Source: a virus (lineage: Duplodnaviria; Caudoviricetes). Taken from it: a stretch of 24,196 bases of DNA. Made by a program: the position numbers and the translations under genes. This document shows positions 9,767-20,100 of this stretch, piece after piece (position 1 is the first letter of the stretch; every line of letters begins with the position of its first letter). The notes under the pieces were generated by a model. It saw nothing but the letters and a program-made list of their open reading frames with translations. It was not told the DNA's origin and searched no databases. Location: IMG/VR virus record IMGVR_UViG_3300021425_000191, positions 1-24,196 of that record; one strand, 5' to 3'.

Positions 9767-9952
9767 ATGAGTAATATAAAAAGAGATAATAATAGTGGAG
9801 CAGTACTCAACACAGATGTGGCTGCGCTGAATAAATATAAAGTAGAGCGTAATTATTATCGTAAAGTAGATAAGTTACAAGACGATATTTTAGAAATCAA
9901 ACGTAGTATAATTTCCATTTATGAGCGAATAGAAAAGCTGGAAAATAAGTAA
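9767..9952 (+). CDS. Small coiled-coil hypothetical protein (61 aa)
   Basis: AGGA RBS upstream. RD..SGAVLNTD...LNKYK followed by a heptad-like helix is typical of the small gene after vrlC-like genes. Its stop overlaps the next start (TAATG). Confidence 0.75.
   Translation: MSNIKRDNNSGAVLNTDVAALNKYKVERNYYRKVDKLQDDILEIKRSIISIYERIEKLENK
9830..9837 (+). promoter_or_regulatory. Candidate intragenic late promoter (AATAAATA)
   Basis: Lies within the L-N-K-Y codons of the 61-aa gene, about 115 nt upstream of the 9952 ATG, which has no intergenic space of its own. Confidence 0.4.
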
Positions 9953-11067
9953 TGGCCAAGAATATATCAAATATAAACACATCCGATACATTTCAGCAAT
10001 GGCTCGATAAAACTAATGAGCTATCTACAGCTTTTAGAACTGATGTAGTAACATCTGGTTCTGGAGACTCAGCTGCTAATGGTAATGCTGCAATTACAGG
10101 TAATTTTACAGCTGCTACATTCTTAGGAGATGTTCAGACTGACGCGCTTTCGTCTGAAACAGCATCTGCTACTATTCAAGTTAATAGTCCAATTAAAGTT
10201 AATGGTGCATCTCAAACAACTGCCACATTTTCTAATGGAACCGGCGGTCAAATTGAATTTACTAACGGTAGTTTAACATGGGACATTGGTTTAAAAGATA
10301 GTGGTGGTAACTTTATTATTAATACTGGTGCTGGAGCAGATAAGCTTAGTTTAACCAGTGCTGGAACATTAACTGTTCCTAATTTAGCTGTAACTGAAGA
10401 TGTTGTAGTAACTGAAGATGTTACTGCTAATAATTTTATTGGTGATGGTTCTCAATTAACAGGTGTTATATCAGCTGTTGCTATTGACGATATTTCAGAT
10501 GTTACAATTACAAATGCACAAAACGGTCAAGTACTAAAATATAATTCAAGTTCAGGTTTATGGGTTAACGATACAGACTTTGACTCAGGTACAAATGCTG
10601 ATACACTTGATAACTTAAATAGTACAGATTTTTTAAGAAGTAATGCTGACGACACATATACTGGTAACCTGACTGTTACTGGTAATATTGACCAAACAGG
10701 TGTATTAACTGTTGATGGTACTATTCAAGCAACTGGTAATATTACAGCAAATGGTGATATTATTACTGCTTATGTCGCATCAGATTTAAGATTAAAAGAC
10801 AATTTAAAAGTTATACAAAATCCATTAGATAAAATAAGTCAAATTAATGGATATATGTTCAATTATAAAGACAAACCTAGTGAAACTATTCCAGGTGTTG
10901 TTGCTCAAGAAGTAGAAGAAATACTTCCAACTGTAGTATTTAATCACGAAAGAAATGGTGAAACATACAAAGCAGTTCGTTATGAGCAATTAATACCTCT
11001 TTTACTAGAGTCGATTAAAGAATTGAAAGAAAAAGTAAATGATTTAGAGAATCAGTTAAATTCGTAA
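9952..11067 (+). CDS. Tail fibre protein with C-terminal peptidase S74 intramolecular chaperone
   Basis: N-terminal SDTFQQWLDKTNEL anchor and fibre motifs IDDISDV....NGQVLKYN....WVN and NADTLDNLNSTDFLRS. C-terminal SDLRLKDN...GVVAQEVEEILP.VV...AVRYEQLIPLLLESIKEL plus coiled coil, with the putative autocleavage Ser at about S277 (nt 10780). Confidence 0.85.
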   Translation: MAKNISNINTSDTFQQWLDKTNELSTAFRTDVVTSGSGDSAANGNAAITGNFTAATFLGDVQTDALSSETASATIQVNSPIKVNGASQTTATFSNGTGGQIEFTNGSLTWDIGLKDSGGNFIINTGAGADKLSLTSAGTLTVPNLAVTEDVVVTEDVTANNFIGDGSQLTGVISAVAIDDISDVTITNAQNGQVLKYNSSSGLWVNDTDFDSGTNADTLDNLNSTDFLRSNADDTYTGNLTVTGNIDQTGVLTVDGTIQATGNITANGDIITAYVASDLRLKDNLKVIQNPLDKISQINGYMFNYKDKPSETIPGVVAQEVEEILPTVVFNHERNGETYKAVRYEQLIPLLLESIKELKEKVNDLENQLNS

Positions 11068-11088
11068 TGGGTAGTTGGGTACTGACCT

Positions 11089-11096
11089 AATAAATA
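11089..11096 (+). promoter_or_regulatory. T4-type late promoter (AATAAATA)
   Basis: In the 56-nt intergenic gap about 28 nt upstream of the 11124 ATG, the same spacing as the motif before gp8. Confidence 0.65.
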
Positions 11097-11123
11097 ATAG
11101 AATAAATTAAGGGAAAAGTCTAA

Positions 11124-14100
11124 ATGGCAAAAATTTCAGAATTACCTCCTATTACCGGTGCGAATACCAGGCCAGAGGATTTATTTGTCGTTGTTAACCT
11201 AGTACAGGGTGATGATGGTACAAGTAGTATCACTAGGAAAGAACTGGTTCAAGCAATCCAGTATGAAGTTTTTGACCGTATAACAATTACAGGCGGTACT
11301 ATCTCTGGTGTCCAAATGCGTGACTCCACGCTGGATAATGTTCGTATTGATAACTCTGACATTGAAGATACTGATTTTGTTAGAGGCTCAATACAAGACA
11401 CCGAAATTTTTGACTCTACCGCAAACAATATTACAATTACTTCATCGTCATTTACTGACGGTTCTTTAGTATCTTCAACTGGTGAAGATTTAGACATTGC
11501 TAATTCTGATATTGACGACTCTAGATTTACAAATTCAACAGGTAATAACATTGTACTTACAAGTTCAGAGCTGAATGATAGTACAGCAAACAATGTTGTT
11601 ATAACAAATTCTGAGTTTAATGATGGCACAGGAAATAATGTCACATTAACAAACTCTATTATCGATGATTCTACAATCACTGATAGTTCTGCAAATAATG
11701 TAACGATTACTCAATCAACGTTTGCAGATGGCGCGCTCAGCAATAGCACAGCTAATAATATTACAATGACTTCTTCCACATTTGGAAGTGGTGATATATT
11801 TGACAGCACAGCTAATAACGTTACGATTACTAATTCTGATTTCTCAGAAGGTACTGGTTCAAATAATACATTTACAGATACAACACTTCTTGGTGGTACT
11901 GCAAATGCTGTAATCATTACTAATTCAGAATTTAATGATGGTACTATTAATAATACTATTATTACTTCATCTGAATTTAATGATGGCACTGGTAATAACG
12001 TAACACTTACAAATTCAACGATTGATGATTCTGTATTTACAGATGGTGCAATATCTAATACCTCATTTACAGGTACAATGGATAATGTTGTAGCTACTGA
12101 TATGACAATTAGAAGTTCATCTGCAGATGGATTATCTTCTAATAACTCAACATTCGAAAACGGTGCTGTATCAGGTTCAACGTTTGACGGCGGTACGATA
12201 ACAAATTCTGACCTCGTTGACTTTGATATGAATCTATCTAACGAGATGGACCCACCTATCGACGATGACGCTTTCTTTGCTGTCAAAAATGAGAAAACAG
12301 GTGAGACAGAAAAAGTTAATATGTCTCAACTTTATGATGACATTTCTCGCAGAACAGCACAAGCGTTAAAAGTTCATGTTGATGCTGGTTCAGGTGACGA
12401 CGATAACCCAGGTACACAATTACAACCTGTCAGAACATTAGAAAGAGCGTTTGAGCTCTGTTTAGAAAAAGCAGGTGGTGAGCTTAACAGAAACGCAATT
12501 AACAACGCTGTACATATTTCAGTCGGCCCAGGTACATATTATACTAAAGGTAACTTAATGCTACCTGATGATTGTTCATGTACTTCTACAGCTGGTCAGT
12601 ATGCTACAGTAATCGAATTAGAAAAAGGTTATGAGAACAATAATGGTATTCTCGTAGGTTCTGGTTGTTATGTTCAAGGATTTGGTTACCAAAACTTCCA
12701 AGTTGATAACTTTGATTTCCCAGAAGGTGGATTCGCGATCGCTTATCGACCTGGTGCTAAATTATTACGTTCTCCGTATTTAAGAGATAGTACTCAGTTA
12801 TCTAACTTCCTAAGACAAGATGTTGAACCACCTTTAAATCCATATAACACAAAAGGTACTCTTGCTGATTTAGGTAGAGAGTTTACTTTAGAGGCTGGTC
12901 TAACAGGTGATTGGAATCTCGACGATGAAGTTGTATTCTCATCTGGTGCTGTAGGTTACTTATCTTGGGACGATTCGCAGGATGCAATTAAAGGTGTTCC
13001 TGGTGATATTGCAACTTATCGTAAAATTAGAGTTCGTAACCTTAAGAACAATCAAGGATTTGCGGTTGGTGACACAGTAACTACTGAATCAGGTGGTGTA
13101 GGTGTTGTCGAATCTATTGGTATTGACGACTTCCCGAACAGAGCGGTTGGTAGAGGTGGTGGTTGTGTACTCGCAGACAGAAGAGTACTAGACACAGACT
13201 CACTATATACTTACGTATTATGTTTTGGTTTCACACCTCGTACTCAAAACGGTATAGGTTATGTTGCAAGAGACGGTGCTGGTGTTAACGGTATTGGTTC
13301 TCTATCCATCTTCGTACGATGTGCATTCTATGCATTGAATGGTGGACAAATGACACTGAACAACTCAGGTACTCAGTTCGGTGACATCTCAATGAGAGCA
13401 AAAGGTACAACAGAGTTCTTTGCTCCTAAGTCAACCACTGCAACAATTATTGGTAACACTGCATTTGCTGATACAATTGAAAATGCTGCTGATGATATTA
13501 TCGACGATGTTGTTACTTATCTTACATCGAATACAGCAAACGGTGGATTAGGTTACCAAGAGTATGATTCAGAAAAATGTTTAAGAGATTCAGGTATTGT
13601 ACTTGATGGAACAGGTTATGACATTGCTCTCGATACTAACTATTGGGGAAGACTTGGTGGAATTACATATAGGTCTCCAATCAGTTATGTTGTACCAGGC
13701 GAACAATTAGAAGAAACAAAAGGTGCACTTGAATATCTAAGAGATAGAACAAAAGAGGTATTCGAGTCTGGCAATAATCAAATTAATGCGCGTATTGATA
13801 CTTCATTCGGCGAATTACTCAATGTATTAGAGTATGGCGAAGAAAATATGAATCCGATTATTTGGAAAGATACATCGGTTCCATATACTGCAGCTCGTAA
13901 CTTGATACAAGACAATAGAGATTTTATTGCTAACGAACTTATTGATTGGATTGAAAATAACGATGAGTTCTATGCATACGATAGCGCAGCGTGCAGAAGA
14001 GATGTTTCAGACTATATTCTTCCAGCTGTTAAAAACGATATGTTGTTTGACACAAACTATAATGCGGTTACTGCAGGTAGAGCTTATTATATGGCCACTG

Positions 14101-17100
14101 CAAAAACTGTTATGGAAAATCAAAACAACGAAACAGTAGCTGCATATAAGAGATTAAAAGACCAAACAAACGAATTAATTGATGGCGATTCTTATCTTGC
14201 TTCACAAAGATTAGATGATAGCTTTGACAATATATTAGAAATCTTAGAAAATAAAGGAACACAGTTTACTCCTACTGCTGCAACTTACGACCCAGAAACT
14301 GGGTTATCAGTTATCACACTCGGCACTAAGAAAGACTTTACACCTTCGGATGTAAGTTATGACCCTGCTACTGGTATTATGGTAGCAACAATTGGTAAGC
14401 ATGAATTAACAACTAATGACCATATTTGGTTCAAGCCAGAAGGAATAACATTTAGTTGTAACACTGGTTCAGGTAATCAAAACCATGCGTCACCTGAAGC
14501 ACATCACCCTTATTACAATAAACCTTGCCCAATCATTGCAGTAAGCTCAAATACGATTACATTAAATGTAGGTGCAGGTGGTCCAACTGGTCAACAGGTT
14601 CATACCTTTGTATCAGCCGTACCGAATGCTTTAACATCAGGTCATGGATTAGGAGTCGGTAGAAAAGTACTTCTAAAAACTGGTGGATTAAGATTTACAT
14701 GCGATAGAGATAATAATACTTCTATTACAGGTTACCCAAGAGCTTCTGACCCAGCTGCTGGAACACCGATTGAAGTTATTGGTGCAAACGAAACTAAAAT
14801 TACAGTTAATGTTGGTAAATCAGCAATAGTTGACCAACATACATTTGTTGAAGCATTAACAAATTCAGTATCAGTATTAGGTGACGACATACAATATAGC
14901 AGTGACGTTCCTGCTGATAATGCTAATGCTAGAAAACAACTTCAAAAGAACAGAGAGTTCTTACAAGACTTAGTTGAAGGTTATATTGATAATACTTACT
15001 TCAGATATGATTCTGACAAGTGTCAACGTGATATTAAATCTTATATTTTACCAGCCGTTGAAAGAGATATTCTAACAGGTTCTAACTATAATGCAATTCA
15101 AACTGGTATTGCATATAGAAGTGGTACAACACTTGCAGATAATGTTATTAACGAACAATTGGTAGAAACAACTGGTGCTATTAACGAATTAAAAACAAGA
15201 GTTAATTTAGACAATACAGAAAATGGATTCACAGTAACTGATGCAACTTACGACCCAGCTACTGGAGAGTTTACAGCAACTATCGGTACTGGACATGGTC
15301 TAGCAATCGGTGATTATATTATGTTAGCCGATAACGGTATAACATTCTCTTGTGATATGGGAAGTGGTCAACAGAACCACACATCTCCTCAGTCACATCA
15401 CCCATATTGGAGAACACCTTGCCCAATTACTGGTGTAACATCAACAACAATTACAATGAACGTTGGTGATGGTGGTGCTGGACAATATCCACATACCTTC
15501 GTATCAGCTGTTGCTAATGCTATTACTCCTGCGAAAGGAGTTGGTTTAAGCTTCACACCAACAGATGCTTCATACGACCCAGAAACTGGAAGATTTGAAG
15601 CAACCATTGGTCATCACCACTTAAAGGTTGGAGATTATGTAAGGTTCTTAGCAGGTGGTGTTACATTTAGTTGTGATACAGGAAGTGGAGTTCAGAATGA
15701 CTCAGTACCTGCCGCAGGACATCCTTATTATAATCACCCATGCCCAATCCATTCAGTCACTGCAACATCGATTGTAATGTTTGTTGGAACAGGTGGTTCT
15801 AATCCTCATACATTTGTATCTGCATTAGATAACTCAATTATAGAACAAAGAGCAATTGATGAAAATGCTTCAGGATACAGAAGTAACGAAGCATTCGATA
15901 AGATTGTAGGTATTCTAAATAGTTCAGGTAAAACTTACTCAACAAGTAATGCAACTTATGACCCAGTAACTGGATTGTCTGTATTAACAATTGGTTCACA
16001 CGATTTACAAATCGGCGATGAGATAATGATTGCACCTGATAGTTTAACATTCACATGTGACCTTGATGGTAACGTATCGCAACATACTTATCCTACAACT
16101 ACAATTACTAACTTTACTCCTACAGGTGCAACATATGTTCCTTCAACTGGAGTATTTACAGCAGAAATTGGAGCTCATAAATTACAAGTTGGTGATGAAA
16201 TTGAAATCGCACCTAACAGTATTGTATTTACATGTGCACTCGATGGTAATGCAACAGAACATGCTGCACCCGAACCACACCACCCATTCTATAAGAAGAA
16301 GATTAAATTAACAGCTGTTACAGCAACAGGAATTGAATGTAATGTTGGAGCTGTAGAAAATGGTGGTGGAGTACATACCTTCGTATCAGCAATCACAAAT
16401 GCTATACAAGGTGAGAGAAAGCATCCTGCATATAAGAAAGCTGTAGTAGTTGCTGCTAAGACAGACACAACAATTACATTGAATGTTGGTACTTCAACTG
16501 ATACATCTCCACATACATTTATATCAGCAACTGCAGATAATATTAAGACTGCAAAATATGTTTCAACATATACACCAAGAACAGCTACATACGACCCAGC
16601 AACTGGAGAGTTCGTAGCAACTATCGGTCAACACAATTTAGTGGCTGGTGATTATGTATCTATCGCACCTGAGAGTGTGGTATTTACTTGTGCATTAGAT
16701 GGTAATAATTATAACCATGCAGTACCACAAGGACATCACCCATATTATAAAGTACCAGTAATGATTACAGCAGTTGGTGCTGATACAATTACAATGAATG
16801 TCGGCACAGGGCCTGGTGGAGCACATACATTTGTAAGTGCAGAAGTTGGAGCTATAGATTCAGATGCTCTAGTATTTACTGACCCAGCATCCTATGTTAA
16901 ACATTACACACCAACAACAGCTACTTATGACCCAGCAACTGGTATTTCAGTTATTACAATTCCAGGGCATGATTTAACAACTGATGATTATATTGAGTTT
17001 ACTCCTTATAGCTTCACTTATACATGTGCTCAAGATAGTAATGCTACTGAACATTCATATCCAAGAAAAGGTGATAGCAATTACAGAACTCCAATGGCAA

Positions 17101-20100
17101 TTACAAATGTTGCTGGTGATGATGTTACTGTTCAACTTGCTGTATCTTCTGGTGGAGCTCATACATTTGTAAGTGTTGAAAAAGACGCTGTATCCAAAGT
17201 TACTTATAACTCTCAAGGTCAATATGCTAGAGAGCAATTACAAACTAACAAAGACTTCTTAGCTAAGGAAGTATCAAACTATCTTGAAGCAAATTACTTC
17301 GTATTTAACGGAGAAAAATGTACTCGAGATTCTGGGTTTATATTAGATTCAGTACGAAGAGATATTGCAACTGGTTCCACATGGAATTCACAGTTTATGG
17401 GATTAGGTTACAGAACTGGTTCTGTAGGTGCTAATAAAGTTATTAATGACCAATTAACAGAAACAGTAGCTGCAGTAAATTACTTGAAAACACAAGTTGC
17501 TGCTGACCCAAGTGTTACAGGAACTGCATTAACTCGTTCTAACCAACACTTTGATAAAATTATCGACATCATGCAGAATGGTGCTGGTAATACTGGAACA
17601 GTTTCATACGGCTCAGATGCTGCATTAAGTTATAATCATGCAAATGCTGCTGATATCTTAGTTGCTAATAAAGCATTTATTATTGCTGAAACAACTGCTT
17701 TCATCGCAGACCAATATCCATCACTAACATACAGTGTTGCAGATTGTGAAAGAGATACTGGTTATTTAGTTGACTCATTAGTACAAGATGTTAAATTTGG
17801 TGGTAATACATGTTCAGTTAACTTCGCAAGACTCTATTTTGAAAATGCAGTAAGCGTATTACCTGCTGACCAAAAAGACCCAACTTATAAAACTTGGGAG
17901 CACATTGCAGATGTAGTATGGAATATCGTTAGAGATATTGCTATAACACCTACAACAGGTAATGCCCAAACACAAGATACTTCAGGTGATGACTACGGAA
18001 TTGAAGTTGCTAACCTTGCTAAATCAAGAGTTAATATTGTAACTCAAGCAATCTCTGATGATACACTTGACCATTTACCAGAATACATCGAACCTAATGT
18101 TGAAGATGCAATGAAATCTGCATGCGCAGCAATTGATGGATTGACAGAAAACTTATCACTTTCAGTAATTGACTTCCTTAGAGATGAGCATAACGGATTA
18201 CCGTTTGACAAGAATGTTTGTGAAAGAGATGTTGGTCTTATGATTGATGCTGTTTCAAGAGATATTGAATACGGCGGAAACGAAAATACTCTCGAGGTAT
18301 TCGATTATTACTTCAGAAGATTCAATTCTCAATCAGCTGATTACGAACAACAACGTTCAACTAACGTTTTACCGGTTGAAGTAAAAGGTCAATTTAAAAC
18401 ATTATCTGAATACGAAGACACTGCTAATGTATCTGGTTTAAGAGAAGCAATTAACGTTCTTCCATACGAACAACGTATACCTACAAAATTAGCATTTGGT
18501 CATTTAGCAGATGTTGCTGAAAAAGTTGTTAAAGAAGTTGCTCATGCTACGACTCATACTAAATTTACTCCAACAAATGCTACTTATGACCCAGCAACTG
18601 GTGTATATGTCGCAACAATCGGTTCACATACATTAGACGTTGGTAATAAAGTTTGGTTGAAGCCTAATGGCGTAACATTTAGTTGTGATATGGGAGGAGG
18701 TGCTGCAAACCATACTTCACCTCAAGCACATCACCCTTACTATAATAAACCAGTTACAATTACAGCTGTAACTTCAACAACAATTACAATGAATGTAGGT
18801 GGCGGAGGTTCAGGCCAATATCCACATACATTTGTAACTGCAGATGCTGATTCAATTAGCACTGGTCCTTATCAGAATACTGATGGTACTGCTGCAGATG
18901 CTACAACTGGTACAAGAGTACATGACCTTCTCAATACAATTGCAGAACTTGTTGATGATGTTAATATTGAAGAAGCTCAATTACCAACATTAGTTAAAGC
19001 ATCGTTTGACCCGAACAGAACACTAGCAAGAAAGAACATTCAGCGCAACAGAGACTTTATCATTGAAGAAGTACAAGGCTATCTCAAGGATAGATACTAT
19101 GTCTTTGATGGAGATAAATGTAAGCGTGACATAGGTATTATTATTGATGCTGTTAAAGCTGACGTATTAACTGGTTCAAACTTCAATGCAGTATTTAACG
19201 GACTTGCATATAGAATTGGTACGATTGGAGCTGATGCTGTAATTAACGAACAATTAACTGAAACTGTATCTGCTATTAAATATGCAAAAGAATTAGTCAT
19301 TAATGCGGTATCTGATAAATCAATGAAAGATGCAACTGCTGCATCGTTTGACGAAATCATAGATATTATGACAAACGGCTCTGGTAATGCTGATGCTATT
19401 AATTATACATCTAATGCAGCAGGTCCTAACAGAATTAATGGTAGAGCTCAATTACAGAATAACAAAGCATTCTTACAAGCTGAAATCACTGCTTGGTTAG
19501 CTGCAAATAGACCTTCACATTCTTACGATGTTGCTAAGTGTGAAAGAGATTTAGGTTACTTAATTGATGCTGTATCATTTGACGCACAACATCGTGGTAA
19601 CTTTGCAACAATTAACGATGCTAAACTTTACTTTGAAAATGCTGTAAGCGTATTACCTCTCGACCAAAGAGAACCAACAGCTGCTGCATTCGCACACATC
19701 GGTGATTGTGCTAACTTAATTGTACAAGACATTGATATTGCTGGACTGAAATCTGCAGGTAATGCTGAAACTCAAGACTTTAGTTCAGGTTCAGCTGGTG
19801 GAGCAATCGGTGATGAAGTTGAAGCATTATTTGATTTAGTTGCAAATAGTATTACAAATAATACATTATTAATGTTACCTCCTGTTGACTTCCCAACACT
19901 TGAAAATTATGATAGTGTTAACCAATCAGCATTTGGTGAAATTGAAAATGTTAAAGCAACAGTTCAATCTGGTGTACTTAACCACCTATCAACATACTTC
20001 GAAGTACTTCCATATAGTGAAGCAAAATGCAGAAGAGATACTGGATATATTGTTGATGCTGTTGCTCATGATATACAATACGGTGGTAATGCAGCTACAG

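Noticed and set aside
11068-11089. Weak hairpin TGGGTAGT-TGGGT-ACTGACCTA after the S74 fibre gene
   Set aside because: The stem is short, with a bulge and a G-U pair, and has no downstream U tract, so it is not supportable as an intrinsic terminator.
11249-12286. Two minus-strand ORFs (143 and 191 aa)
   Set aside because: They are antisense shadows of the low-complexity N/S/T/D repeat region of the giant gene. They show mirror composition (L/V/S/E/P) and no independent motifs.
14337-16409. Nested inserts as inteins or introns
   Set aside because: There is no Cys/Ser start with a His-Asn end, no homing endonuclease motif and no frame break. The inserts are ordinary copies of the repeat module.
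14265-18860. Recurrent DNA words such as (AC)TTA(C/T)GACCCAGC(A/T)ACTGG resembling CRISPR repeats or DGR template/variable repeats
   Set aside because: They are irregularly spaced, in frame and vary at synonymous positions, so they simply encode TYDPATG. There is no cas or reverse transcriptase gene in the window and no adenine-specific mismatch pattern was evident.
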